The notes beneath the pieces are model-generated. The model had not been told where the DNA came from. It was given only the letters and a program-made list of their open reading frames with translations, and did not search any database. Positions 21,871-32,572 of a stretch of DNA of 64,000 bases are shown here, piece after piece. This DNA comes from an uncultured Gammaproteobacteria bacterium (GTDB taxonomy: Bacteria > Patescibacteriota > Microgenomatia > CAYQLK01), in assembly GCA_964404855.1 (NCBI GenBank), contig CAYOLO010000002.1, positions 3,494-67,493 on the forward strand. Direction: 5' to 3'. Position 1 is the stretch's first letter, and the number at the start of each line of letters is the position of its first letter. The position numbers and the translations under genes are program-made.

Positions 21871-22783
21871 TTCCAAAATTATTGATGATTTCTTTGTCCG
21901 ATAGTTTGTAGTATTTTGTTTCATTATTTCGACTTGTGATAATTTTAGGATACTTTAATAAAAACCACATAATTGAACTTAACATGTTTGTGTCCATTTT
22001 AATGAGTGATTTAATTGTTAACTGAATCAAAGTAATATAAAAACTTAACAATATTTTTTTATCAGTAATATTTTTAGCAGAAAAAATTAACATATTTCTA
22101 GCGGCTATTTTTGTAATTCTGTCGGCGGAATGGTGTTTTCTAATTGAACCAATTTCGTGAAAATGATCAACCACAATCTCAGGTGCAAATAAAATTTCCC
22201 ATCCAGACTTAATTGCCCGGTAAGATAAGTCAATGTCCTCCCAATAAAATGGATTATATATTTCATTAAATCCACCAAGCTTTTTAAATTTTTCTAAACT
22301 AACTGCGCAACTACCTCCTGAAATCCAAAGCGTCCTACCAAATTCATTCTTTCCTTTTGCGTGATTAAGTAGACCTTTTTTAAAGATACCGACTCCTCTA
22401 CCCCTTAACACAATGTTTTTGTCTTCAAAACTTCGATCCTGAAAACCAATACCAAAAAGATTCTCGTTTTCAAAATAACTTTCAATTTGCCTTGTGTAAT
22501 CTTTGTTTACAGCTACATCTGTGTTAAGCAAAACAACGATTGGAGTTTTTGCTTTTTTTACCCCACTATTAACATTTGATGAAAAGCCTTTATTTATTTT
22601 ATTTGTTATTATTTCAACATTTGGAAAATTATTAGCCAAAAAACTTAAACTATCATCGCTTGAGTTATCGTCAGATATTATTATTTGTGAATCTGGAAAA
22701 TTTTTGATTATGTTTGGAAGATTACGTCTAAGCAATTTCGAACCGTTGTAGTTAGGTATAACGACTGTAATTTTTTTACTCAT
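21860..22783 (-). CDS. GT2 glycosyltransferase
   Basis: VIPNYNG, DDNSSDD, LLNTD, PFYWEDIDLSYRA. Confidence 0.92.
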   Translation of the reverse strand: MSKKITVVIPNYNGSKLLRRNLPNIIKNFPDSQIIISDDNSSDDSLSFLANNFPNVEIITNKINKGFSSNVNSGVKKAKTPIVVLLNTDVAVNKDYTRQIESYFENENLFGIGFQDRSFEDKNIVLRGRGVGIFKKGLLNHAKGKNEFGRTLWISGGSCAVSLEKFKKLGGFNEIYNPFYWEDIDLSYRAIKSGWEILFAPEIVVDHFHEIGSIRKHHSADRITKIAARNMLIFSAKNITDKKILLSFYITLIQLTIKSLIKMDTNMLSSIMWFLLKYPKIITSRNNETKYYKLSDKEIINNFGNAG

Positions 22784-25079
22784 TTTTTTTAATTTTAAAA
22801 ATAAACAAAGACATTAGTATTATAGATGTCAAAGAGACTAGCGCACCAACCCTAAATGAGTTGGGCTTGTATTCAAAAATAATTTCATTTTCTCCCGATG
22901 GAACGTAAATGCCGCGAAAAGTATGATTGGTTCTATATATTTTCGTGTCGATATTATTTACTTTGGCTTTCCAGCCAGGAAAATAATTATCTAGCAAAAC
23001 TAAGAATGAGTTGTTCGTGGTTTTGGTTTTTATTTTGACAGTATTAGATTCATAACTAGTAATATTGACAATACTCTCTGCATTTGTAGTTTGAGGAATA
23101 TTGTCACTCGTACCACCCATAACAACGGCTTGCGATCTGGGATCGAAATCTTTATCGAGCAAAGATTGTTTGCTTTCAATATCAGAATTAACATTAATAA
23201 TATTCTGAACAAAATAGGCACGCTCAAGATACTTTTGGTTAATGAATACGTTTGTAACTCCTTCACTAAAAATTGGTTTTGTATTATTTAATTCATTATC
23301 AAAGCTCAAAATATATTTTGCGTTAATTAAGGGATATAAATTTGAATTAATATTCTTAGGTCTGACAATACGGTTAAACTTTACTTGTTCAAGATTAGAA
23401 GATTCAATTAGTCCAATAAGTTCAGCATATGTTTTGGGATACAACGGATCGTAACCTTCAGGTGATTGAATTCCATACACGGCTGAAATGTTGGGTGGAA
23501 AAATTCGATCATCATTAGTTGAAACACGAAAAACAGAATTGTCGTGATTAATAAATTCGGTTATTTTGGTTGTGGGATAAAACAAAGGCTTGGTCGAATA
23601 GGGTAAAAACTTATTTGCATAAAATGCCAATTCTGCTAGAGAAATAATTGTAAGGCATATAAGACATAATTTAAGAGGAATAAGTTTTAATCGTGACAAA
23701 GATACAAACATTAATACGAGTAAAAATACAAACAAAGGAAAAATAAGATTTCGTTTTGCTGTTATTTGGTTTTTTAGGAAATCTTCAGGTAAGAAAATAT
23801 TGAAATTAAAATATGTTAAATAAATTAAAAGTCCAAATACTAAAGTCAATATTATAAAAACTGAAATCAACTTAAATTTAGTAATTTTAAGCTTATACAT
23901 TTCATCCACACCAAAAGCAGCTAGACAGCATAAAGCAAAAATTACGATAAATATTAAACGACTGGGTTGAGCAGAAGAAATAAATGGAATTTGATTTGCA
24001 TAAATTATCTGTGAAAGTAAATTGTTTGTTGAAAAAACTAAGGCAATAATTAAAAGAATTAAAAAGAAAATATTAATTTTTCTTTTTTTAATTCCTAGTA
24101 ATGAAAAAAATAATGCCGCTACAGAAAAGCTTAAATTAAATTCTAAATGATTCCATACGCCCCAATAATTTTGCCTTGCAGGAGAACCAAAAAAGTCTGG
24201 AGATATTAAAGAAATAAAATGTTTCAATGGAATAAACCAATCCTCCTGACCAAAATAGGATATGTCGACAGACCTGAATGAATTTTTTATTAATTCTAAA
24301 GTTGGAAAAATCTGAATCGAAACCGTAAGAATCGATAAAATTAAAATAATTAAAAGTTGAGGTACTCTGCTTATTAATCTACTGTTAAAAAAAATAACTA
24401 TGACAAAAAATACGATAACTAGATATGCATAAAAAGTAAATTGTAAATGTCCTGATATTGGAATTAATATTAGACTAGCGTAAAATAAAAATATATTTTT
24501 TCGGCTAAAACTTTGTTCTAAGCCTAAGACGAAATACAGAGCTAGTGGTAAAAAAGCAAAAATAAAGACAATATTTCCCCATTCTAGCCACCCGATTGAA
24601 AAACCTGACAAGGCATAGCAAACACTTGAAAAGGTAGCACTAATTTTTGAAACTGAAAGTTTTCTAAGAAAAAGAAACATTGAAAAAAAAGTGATTGGAA
24701 TCTGAATAAAAATAAATAAATGCCACGAGTCTAACCCTGAAGATAAAAGCATTATGTTCAAAGGAAAAAAGACACCAGACTGAAAATTTGCCAGTAGTGG
24801 ATAACCAGAAAAAGAATAAGGATTCCAGAGTGGAAGGCTAAAATTTTTGATTGCCTCGACAGTTAGATACTTCCATGGAAATATTTGCAAAAACGGGTCA
24901 GTAATTAGAGCATTTTTGAACGGATATCCAGCAGGGTAAATATTTAAAAATAAATCTCTAAAAGGATGGTATAGTCCGACCAAGTTATCACCAGGGAAAA
25001 GTTTTTTTGGCCACAAAATAATTAGGGTAGATAAAAAAATAATTACCGAAAATATTTTAAGAAAATATTTTTTCAACAT
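22776..25079 (-). CDS. YfhO-family GT-C glycosyltransferase
   Basis: DPFLQIFPW, LPLWNPYSFSGYPLLAN, GHLQ, GYDPL, C-terminal DNYFPGWKAKVN...FRGIYVPSG..IIFEYKP plus TM. Confidence 0.88.
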   Translation of the reverse strand: MLKKYFLKIFSVIIFLSTLIILWPKKLFPGDNLVGLYHPFRDLFLNIYPAGYPFKNALITDPFLQIFPWKYLTVEAIKNFSLPLWNPYSFSGYPLLANFQSGVFFPLNIMLLSSGLDSWHLFIFIQIPITFFSMFLFLRKLSVSKISATFSSVCYALSGFSIGWLEWGNIVFIFAFLPLALYFVLGLEQSFSRKNIFLFYASLILIPISGHLQFTFYAYLVIVFFVIVIFFNSRLISRVPQLLIILILSILTVSIQIFPTLELIKNSFRSVDISYFGQEDWFIPLKHFISLISPDFFGSPARQNYWGVWNHLEFNLSFSVAALFFSLLGIKKRKINIFFLILLIIALVFSTNNLLSQIIYANQIPFISSAQPSRLIFIVIFALCCLAAFGVDEMYKLKITKFKLISVFIILTLVFGLLIYLTYFNFNIFLPEDFLKNQITAKRNLIFPLFVFLLVLMFVSLSRLKLIPLKLCLICLTIISLAELAFYANKFLPYSTKPLFYPTTKITEFINHDNSVFRVSTNDDRIFPPNISAVYGIQSPEGYDPLYPKTYAELIGLIESSNLEQVKFNRIVRPKNINSNLYPLINAKYILSFDNELNNTKPIFSEGVTNVFINQKYLERAYFVQNIINVNSDIESKQSLLDKDFDPRSQAVVMGGTSDNIPQTTNAESIVNITSYESNTVKIKTKTTNNSFLVLLDNYFPGWKAKVNNIDTKIYRTNHTFRGIYVPSGENEIIFEYKPNSFRVGALVSLTSIILMSLFIFKIKKNE

Positions 25080-26100
25080 TTTTATTAAATTCTGATACTG
25101 AATATTTTTTTGCAGTAGTTTGTGCTGATTTCGACATTTGTGAAAATAGTTTGGGGTTACTAATTAATTCTAAAGTTTTTATTGCTAACATTTCAGCCGT
25201 AGTAAAAAATAATCCATTATTTTTTTCTAAAATATACTCTTTTGGTCCACCACCATCATAGACAATTGGTACTGATCCTGAGGAAGAGGCTTCAAGTATG
25301 GAAATACCAAAATGTTCAAAATATTCTGGATCAGACTCTTTACACTCAAATCCTGTTGCGTGCCAATAAACTTTTGACTCAGAAATAAGCTTCGATAGTT
25401 CCGTAAAACTTAGATTAGGAAAAAACTTTATTTTATAACCCTTTGCTTTGGACTTAAGTTGATCCAAATGCATCAAGTCTATATCTGAGATTCCTCCGAT
25501 TAAATACAAACTAAAATGTTTATTTTTTTTGCTTAGAATTTTGAATGCCTCAATTAATATATCCTGTCTTTTACTATTGAGTACGGCATCAAATCGGCCA
25601 ATAGAAATAATAATATTTTTTTTGTTTGATTTTTTAAAAAGAGTAACTGGAGGATAGAGAACTTCAGAATTTACTGAATATGTATTGTCAATTACTTTTT
25701 TTGTGAACTTAGAGTTAACAATCACGGAGTCAAACAATTTAAGCTTAATTTTATCTATTATTGTTGGTTTTATCTTACTGAATGGAACTTGAAAATGAAT
25801 ATAATTTTTTGAGGACATTGGTATTGGAATAGATCCATCAGACAAGTGAAGATAGTGGTCGTATTTTCTTAAAAATTGATACTTTGCCAACAAACCAAGA
25901 GAGTTGAGATTTATTTTGACCAAACTAAGTCCTTCTAGTGGTAGATTAAACCTTTTTTTAATATCTAATAAATTTATATCCTTATCAAATAGAATATCAA
26001 CTGAGTGTCCATTTTTTAGATAATTACTGCAGATCGCTAATATATATTTTTCCCCACCACCCAAGGTGTCAAGATATGGATCATATACTGCGACTCTCAT
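25057..26100 (-). CDS. GT4 glycosyltransferase (ALG11/ALG2-like)
   Basis: YDPYLDTLGGGEKY, NSKFT, YPPV, IGRF, KRQD, EHFGISILEA. Confidence 0.9.
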   Translation of the reverse strand: MRVAVYDPYLDTLGGGEKYILAICSNYLKNGHSVDILFDKDINLLDIKKRFNLPLEGLSLVKINLNSLGLLAKYQFLRKYDHYLHLSDGSIPIPMSSKNYIHFQVPFSKIKPTIIDKIKLKLFDSVIVNSKFTKKVIDNTYSVNSEVLYPPVTLFKKSNKKNIIISIGRFDAVLNSKRQDILIEAFKILSKKNKHFSLYLIGGISDIDLMHLDQLKSKAKGYKIKFFPNLSFTELSKLISESKVYWHATGFECKESDPEYFEHFGISILEASSSGSVPIVYDGGGPKEYILEKNNGLFFTTAEMLAIKTLELISNPKLFSQMSKSAQTTAKKYSVSEFNKNVEKIFS

Positions 26101-26906
26101 TTGCTTGACTCTTTTTCCAACTGATCTTCAATTAAATCGTATCGCTCCTTAATACTTGGAGTCTGTTGTCGCTCCCAGAGTTTAAAATAAGTAATCATTA
26201 CGCTAAACACTTGCATAAACGACTCAATTACACCTCTTATGCCATTTTTATAGTTTTCATCACTGATATATTTTTTAAAAAATTGTGTAAGAAACAGCTT
26301 AAATAACCTTACCGACGTAATCTTAGGATGGTTAATATTGAAGAGGTTCTCAGCCTCGATTTCTGACCAAGAATTTGTTTTTTCTATCATTGCCGCAACA
26401 CTTCTATGTGTTAAGTGAACGATGTTTGATTTTAGATTTGACTCCTTTCCTTCAAAATTAACCCCTTCATGTATATGTCCTGTCCAGCCTTTAAATTTTT
26501 TAAGCCTAAATAGTCTGGGTTGGGCGTCTGGATACCAAGTTTTGCTATCCAACTCTTTGCCTAATATATAATTTTTTCTATTAACCCAATAAGCAGAACT
26601 TGGATTTTTCGAGGTGATAACTGATTTTATTTCCTCAGCAAGCTTTTTTGTAATCCTCTCATCCGCGTCTAAATAAAATATCCATTCTGTCTTTAGCTCA
26701 TTTAATATGGCGTTTCGCTTTTGTGAAAAATTTAAATTTTTCTCTAATTTGATTACTTGAGCGCCAAGACTACTGGAAATTTTTGTTGTAGAATCGGTAG
26801 ATGAATCGTCTAAAAGGACAATATCATTAGTTAGTAATTTAAGGCTTTTAATAGCATTACCTATTAATTCTTCTTCATTTTTGGCAATAATTACTGCAGT
26901 TATCAT
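26097..26906 (-). CDS. GT2 glycosyltransferase (WaaE-like)
   Basis: IAKNEE, DDSSTDST, FSQKRN, WIFYLDADE, IHE. Confidence 0.9.
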   Translation of the reverse strand: MITAVIIAKNEEELIGNAIKSLKLLTNDIVLLDDSSTDSTTKISSSLGAQVIKLEKNLNFSQKRNAILNELKTEWIFYLDADERITKKLAEEIKSVITSKNPSSAYWVNRKNYILGKELDSKTWYPDAQPRLFRLKKFKGWTGHIHEGVNFEGKESNLKSNIVHLTHRSVAAMIEKTNSWSEIEAENLFNINHPKITSVRLFKLFLTQFFKKYISDENYKNGIRGVIESFMQVFSVMITYFKLWERQQTPSIKERYDLIEDQLEKESSK

Positions 26907-27778
26907 ATTTTTTTAAATATACTCCCTGTATACATTTTAAACATTAAAAAATCTTGAACGGCAATTTTTTGTGCCTTACGGCCGTTAATTAAAAAAACTA
27001 AGGATTGCCGAAAAACAGCAATTTTTGTTCTAATTGGTGAGTAAATAAGGGCAAAATACATTCGATTGCGCGTAATATAGTAATCTTGAATTGGAGAACC
27101 TACACTTGATGATTTGGCGTTATGATGAAACATGCTCGAAATAGGAATATATTTAATTTTGAACCCATTTTTTTTGGCTCTTAAACTAAAATCTAAATCT
27201 TCTAAATATAAAAAGTATTTTTCGTTCATAAAGCCAACCTTTTCAAAAACTTTTCTGCTTATTAATTCTCCGCAACCTGTTGAGTAATCAATTTCTTTAA
27301 TTTGATCGTATTGTCCACGATCCTCTTCATCAACTCCGATGTGCGTGCCATAACAATTATCCCAATCTATCTTTCCTCCTGCGTACCAGATAACTTTTGG
27401 ATTATCGGTAAAATATATTTTTGGCGACAGAATGTCAGCTTCCCCTCTATTTTTGAATAAATTAAGGATCGTATCTTTTTTTATAAGAGTATCGGGGTTT
27501 AATATAAAAAAATAGTCTGAATCAGATTCCAGTCCTTTTTTAATTGCTATATTAATTCCGCCGGCAAACCCAGTATTATTTTTGTTTGTAATTATTTTGG
27601 CTTTTACGTAATTTTTTGAGATTAAACTAACAGTATCGTCTTTTGAGGCATTGTCTGAAATAATTACTTCAAGGCTAAAACCTTCTAGTTTAGATTGATA
27701 GACGGATTTTAGACAGTCTAATATGTAATCCATACTATTGTAAGTTACTATCAATACAGAAATTTTTGAGTTGTTCAT
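26903..27778 (-). CDS. GT2 glycosyltransferase
   Basis: VTYN, DNASKD, GFAGGIN, LNPD, YFLYLEDLDFSLR, YYITRNR. Confidence 0.92.
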   Translation of the reverse strand: MNNSKISVLIVTYNSMDYILDCLKSVYQSKLEGFSLEVIISDNASKDDTVSLISKNYVKAKIITNKNNTGFAGGINIAIKKGLESDSDYFFILNPDTLIKKDTILNLFKNRGEADILSPKIYFTDNPKVIWYAGGKIDWDNCYGTHIGVDEEDRGQYDQIKEIDYSTGCGELISRKVFEKVGFMNEKYFLYLEDLDFSLRAKKNGFKIKYIPISSMFHHNAKSSSVGSPIQDYYITRNRMYFALIYSPIRTKIAVFRQSLVFLINGRKAQKIAVQDFLMFKMYTGSIFKKI

Positions 27779-29247
27779 TTTATTGATGATCTAAATATTG
27801 TAATATTTTTTATTAATCTATCTTTTGCTGTTAAAAAGCTAGTTATTAAATAAACAACGATTCCACAAGATAATATTCCAAAAACGGTAAATATATTGCT
27901 TGGTTCAACGGTTGCGAATAAAAATTTTAAAACTAATATTAAAACAAGTGTGGAAACTATTGGAGAAAATAATACTTTTACAGCGTTAATTTTTAGTTCT
28001 TTGTATCCGATATAGAATGCAAGCAAACTCGACGCTGTAACGATTAACCACGCTATAGCAACCCCGAGGCTCTCAAATTTTGATGCTAATGGAATGCTTA
28101 GTATCCAAGTAAGACTTGTCCATAATAGCATTAGTTTTAAGGTGGTTTTTATTTTACCGACCGCATTAAGTGCGTTTGTAATTATGATTGTTACAGAGCT
28201 AACATACGATCCAAGTATGTAAATTTGAAGTAGGCTATAAGCAGGCAACCATTTTTCATAATTTGGAATAATCCCGATTAAACTACTTGAAGACATTAAT
28301 AATGATGTAAGAATTGGGAAGGTAAGCAAAGCTGAAATAAAGATTGCTTCTTCAATCGCACGACTTAATGCTTGTTTGTCTGATTGAAGCCTTGAAAAGG
28401 CAGGAAAGGTTACTTTTATAACATTATCCATAATTACTCTTAAAGGAAGATATGCCCATTTTTGTGCCCAACCTAAATATCCAATTTGAGTAACATTTAG
28501 TAATTTTCCTAATATTATTGTCATAAAATCGTCCTTAATTAATGCCAAAATACTGTTTAATTGAAACAATACACCGAAGTTAATCAATTTTTTTGCTGAT
28601 TGTTTATCAATGCCAAGACTAGGCTTCCAAGGAGAAACAAAATACATGGTAATTACACCAAAAATTGACCTTAATATCACTGCATATGTAAAGCTATTTA
28701 GTCCGTGCCCTTGCCATGCAAGATATAGAACCGAAATTGAAAAGATTAAATTTTCGACGATTTGAGGGATAATAAATTTTTCAAAGGCTAATTTACGTTC
28801 AAGTAATATTGAAGGAATCGTTTTTAAGGATGATAGAAACAGTGAAATTATTAAGACTCGAAGCAACCAAACGCCCTTTTGATCAAGATTAAAAATACTA
28901 CCTGCCCAAATAGAAAATATTAAACCACTTATTACTAATATTCCAACTAAAGACTGTTGAATTGTAAATGTTGTTACTAAATCCTTTCTTGAGACAGCCT
29001 CCTTTTTTTGTATTAAGGCGGCAGCTAGTCCAATATCTGAAAGATATGTTAAAAAGCCGGTAATTGCCGATACTAAAATAAAAATTCCATATTCCTTGGG
29101 TGCCAGTAGAATCGTTAAACCTAAATTAGATATAAAACTAATAACTTGAATGAAGATTGTCCGTCCAACCAAAGAAAAAACACCCTTAATCGAGCGTTTT
29201 TTAACTGCAGCTATATCTAGCTCAATTGATGAATCTAGGTCTGACAT
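27775..29247 (-). CDS. wzx: Wzx-type oligosaccharide flippase (WzxC-like, MOP superfamily)
   Basis: About 14 TM; LLAPKEYG, SDIGLAAALIQKK, VTFPAFSRLQ. Confidence 0.88.
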   Translation of the reverse strand: MSDLDSSIELDIAAVKKRSIKGVFSLVGRTIFIQVISFISNLGLTILLAPKEYGIFILVSAITGFLTYLSDIGLAAALIQKKEAVSRKDLVTTFTIQQSLVGILVISGLIFSIWAGSIFNLDQKGVWLLRVLIISLFLSSLKTIPSILLERKLAFEKFIIPQIVENLIFSISVLYLAWQGHGLNSFTYAVILRSIFGVITMYFVSPWKPSLGIDKQSAKKLINFGVLFQLNSILALIKDDFMTIILGKLLNVTQIGYLGWAQKWAYLPLRVIMDNVIKVTFPAFSRLQSDKQALSRAIEEAIFISALLTFPILTSLLMSSSSLIGIIPNYEKWLPAYSLLQIYILGSYVSSVTIIITNALNAVGKIKTTLKLMLLWTSLTWILSIPLASKFESLGVAIAWLIVTASSLLAFYIGYKELKINAVKVLFSPIVSTLVLILVLKFLFATVEPSNIFTVFGILSCGIVVYLITSFLTAKDRLIKNITIFRSSIK

Positions 29248-30940
29248 TCTTGATTTTTTTTAGAAATAATAGACAAATAATTATTGATAAACTAACAAGG
29301 CTAATTATCTCACTAATTAACCTGATTGGAGTACGGGAAAAATTAAGTTCAATTATGGATTCTCCTTGAGGAATCATCACTGTTATTAACTTTAGCCGAT
29401 TAACATTATCTACTTTTGTTTTTTGACCATTTATTTTGACTTCCCACCCAGGAAAATCAAATGTGTTGAATTGTACTTTTCCATTTGTCGAAAGGGCTGC
29501 TCGATATTTTTGATTTCCTGAATTAAACTCTATATTTTCTATAATCCCTTCCCCTTCAAGTATTTCGAATTGGCTTTGAGGTAAGTCAATTTCATCGATA
29601 TCAGGAATGGTTGTAAAATCTTTAGAGACTTTGGTTGCAACACCTTTTGGAATATATTCGAACGAAGACCTGCTGGTCGCCCAATCAAGTCTTTGTTTTG
29701 ATAAGTAATCAGAATCAGAAAACTGCTTAAATGACTCTGGAGAAAACCTACCGAATAACTCAAAAATTGTTATTGCAAATACAATCGTTAAAAATAAATA
29801 TGAATATTTTTTATTTTTTTTACTTGTTTCATTGCATAAAAATGCGAAAACAAATGGTGCAAATAAGGTTACGAAGGTTAAAAATCTCCATGGAAATTGC
29901 AAATAAGCAATTGGCTCAAATGCTAACCAAATAGGTTTGGAATATTTTAGCGTCATAAATAATGGCAGCAAAATAAACAATGGAAGTAGCTGATTTAAAA
30001 CTATTTTTTTATTTTTTATTACATTGTAAGTAATAATTCCAAGGCTCACCATTATTCCAATTAATAATACTTTTCCAACCTCAAACGACATTCCATCGTT
30101 TAATTCAGGTAATGAGCCTCCGTATCCCCAAGCAGAGTCCCAAAGTTGCCGAATATATACAAAATGAATTCTATAGTCAGCTAGTTCAGTAAGAAGTATT
30201 CCGTCAACAAGCGTAAATTTTTTTTCAATGATGGATGGGATAGACGAAAAAGCGGAAAGTCCTCCTCCAAGCCCTAATGAAACAACCGTTATAACTATTT
30301 TTCTAACCGACCGTGTTTGTATATAAAGTACAAAAACCCAGACCAATATAATTAACAAAAATCCAAGTGCTGTAAGCGTGTGAGTAAGAATAAGCCCTGC
30401 AAAAGCTAAAGATAAAAATACAAAACTTTTTATTAGATTTTTAGATTTTTTATCAAAAATATTATAAATATTTAATAAAATTAGAGGTAAAAATACAAAG
30501 GAAAATGCTTCTGATAATGCACCCCTTACGTACACATCTAGCGCCCTATAGCTGGTTAATACATAAAACGATGAACAGATTGCTGATATATTTTTTGAAT
30601 AAAACTTATTTAATAAAAAATACATCGAAACCATTGATCCTAAAAACGAGATAAAAATTATTAGTTTTACTGACAGAATTAAGGATGCCCCCATTAAATA
30701 AAATACTGAACCAATATAATAAATTAATGGCGGGTAAAAAATAAATAATGGATATCCAAAACCAAATCCTAAATGATTAACCCACCTAACTGGAAATTGT
30801 CCAGATTTTAAGGCTTCTGTAAGTAAATAAATTCGAGCAACTTGCTGGTCATCATGAACACTAAAAAACTGATTATTTAGTATTGAATAACTAACATAAA
30901 TTAACGCAACTAATGGAATTAAAATAATAATTTTTTTCAT
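29222..30940 (-). CDS. GT-C membrane protein (PTPS-related/YfhO-like)
   Basis: HDDQQVAR, GQFPVRW..HLGFGFGYPLFIFYPP, YVRGALSE, LQFPWRFL, C-terminal FPGW. Confidence 0.8.
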   Translation of the reverse strand: MKKIIILIPLVALIYVSYSILNNQFFSVHDDQQVARIYLLTEALKSGQFPVRWVNHLGFGFGYPLFIFYPPLIYYIGSVFYLMGASLILSVKLIIFISFLGSMVSMYFLLNKFYSKNISAICSSFYVLTSYRALDVYVRGALSEAFSFVFLPLILLNIYNIFDKKSKNLIKSFVFLSLAFAGLILTHTLTALGFLLIILVWVFVLYIQTRSVRKIVITVVSLGLGGGLSAFSSIPSIIEKKFTLVDGILLTELADYRIHFVYIRQLWDSAWGYGGSLPELNDGMSFEVGKVLLIGIMVSLGIITYNVIKNKKIVLNQLLPLFILLPLFMTLKYSKPIWLAFEPIAYLQFPWRFLTFVTLFAPFVFAFLCNETSKKNKKYSYLFLTIVFAITIFELFGRFSPESFKQFSDSDYLSKQRLDWATSRSSFEYIPKGVATKVSKDFTTIPDIDEIDLPQSQFEILEGEGIIENIEFNSGNQKYRAALSTNGKVQFNTFDFPGWEVKINGQKTKVDNVNRLKLITVMIPQGESIIELNFSRTPIRLISEIISLVSLSIIICLLFLKKIKNVRPRFIN

Positions 30941-32571
30941 CGTTTTTTTTGAAGTTTAATGAAATAGATAATTATTACTAAACAGCCAAGAATACTTAAA
31001 ACATTTGAAACCGTTCTTATTTTTGTATCAACAAACTCGAGTTTAACATCACTTCTGCCATTTAATATTTTGAAGTTAATTAATCCATCGGTTTGATAAT
31101 TAATTTCAGATTCGCTTCCATTTATAAATAACTTCCATCCCGGATAATACATTTTATTGACCGTTATAAAAGCGGCATCATCAGAGACTGTGGTAAATGA
31201 AATTAATTGAGTTTTCTGACTTAGATTCTCAACTATTACTGATTGAGGTGATGTAATTAAACTATTTGGTCTTAATTTTAATTCCTTATTAAACCAAATC
31301 GTTGATAATTCTGACTGATTTACTGTTGTTGAATCATTAGTTAGATAGTATTCGTCTGGATAGTTATTTTTTTCTACTTGAATTTGTGGAAAATATAAAA
31401 AGATTGTAAGACCAATTATTAGTATTAAATATATATTTTTAATCTTTTTAAAATAAGTTAAAACCAAAATAAGAATTAATGTACTTGAGAAGGTAGTTAG
31501 TGACAAAAATCTCCAAGGAAACTGAACTAATTTGTCGATACTAAATATTTCCCAAATTTTTGCTGAAATTGGAGTAATGAAAAAAATTGAAATACAAAAC
31601 AAGCTGAATGCAGATAAAAATTTTATTCTCCAGTTTTTATTGTGATGATCTAAAAAGAAAATAATTAATCCTAACAAAGAAAATATTATTGCGACAGTAG
31701 ATATTGGATATGATTTTTCACCGGAACTTGAAATATTGGTAATAAATGGTAGATCAATTAGCAAACTGAACACGCTGGGATAATGTTCCGCGTAACGAGC
31801 AATTAATATTTGAGGCTGTAAAGTATAAGCCCTTTCAAAAAGAGCAGGTGTCCAAAAGCTCGCTGAGACTAACAATGAGAGTAAAAATATCTTAATTAAA
31901 GATAAAATATTTTTGTATGACCAAGTTGTAAAAATAAGTCCGGCTAAATATGTAGCCGGAAGAAGAATTAATGCCAAAGTATTATGACCAATAATTACCA
32001 TTACCGAGGCGACAACAGAAGTAATAAAGGCTAGTTTTCTTTTGTTTTGCAAATAGCCGATTATTCCTAATGTGATAAATGGAACAAAAGCAAAAACAAA
32101 AATCTCTCCAAACGATCCCCTTTTATAAAGATCAATTATTTTGTATGGAGCAAATATATAAAACGTTGTGACGGTTAATGAAATAAGCGAATTTTTTGAA
32201 AATTTGCTTGAAAGTAAATAAATACCAGCAGATCCAATTAGTCCAAGAGCAAAAATTGATATTTTTACCGAGGTTTGTAATCCAAATCCAAATAAATGAA
32301 AAAACTCGCTTAAATAAAAAAAGCCCGGATAAAAAAAATTAAATATTGGATATCCATACCCATAATTTAGGTTATCTGCAATTCGAACAGGAATATGAAA
32401 ATCTGAAAAGCTTTTAAAAAATGCACCAACCCTAATTAACATTAAATTTCCATCATCGGTGCTAAAAAAACCAGCACTCAATAATGGCCAACTAAATATA
32501 ATATTAATAAATAGAATAAATAAAAAACCACAAATTATTTCGCGGTTTTTATTAAACGCCTTTTTGAGCAT
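30937..32571 (-). CDS. GT-C membrane protein (PTPS-related/YfhO-like), paralog of 29222-30940
   Basis: TDDG, LNYGYGYPIFNFFYP, YKRGSFGE, VQFPWRFL, YYPGW. Confidence 0.8.
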   Translation of the reverse strand: MLKKAFNKNREIICGFLFILFINIIFSWPLLSAGFFSTDDGNLMLIRVGAFFKSFSDFHIPVRIADNLNYGYGYPIFNFFYPGFFYLSEFFHLFGFGLQTSVKISIFALGLIGSAGIYLLSSKFSKNSLISLTVTTFYIFAPYKIIDLYKRGSFGEIFVFAFVPFITLGIIGYLQNKRKLAFITSVVASVMVIIGHNTLALILLPATYLAGLIFTTWSYKNILSLIKIFLLSLLVSASFWTPALFERAYTLQPQILIARYAEHYPSVFSLLIDLPFITNISSSGEKSYPISTVAIIFSLLGLIIFFLDHHNKNWRIKFLSAFSLFCISIFFITPISAKIWEIFSIDKLVQFPWRFLSLTTFSSTLILILVLTYFKKIKNIYLILIIGLTIFLYFPQIQVEKNNYPDEYYLTNDSTTVNQSELSTIWFNKELKLRPNSLITSPQSVIVENLSQKTQLISFTTVSDDAAFITVNKMYYPGWKLFINGSESEINYQTDGLINFKILNGRSDVKLEFVDTKIRTVSNVLSILGCLVIIIYFIKLQKKR

Positions 32572-32572
32572 A

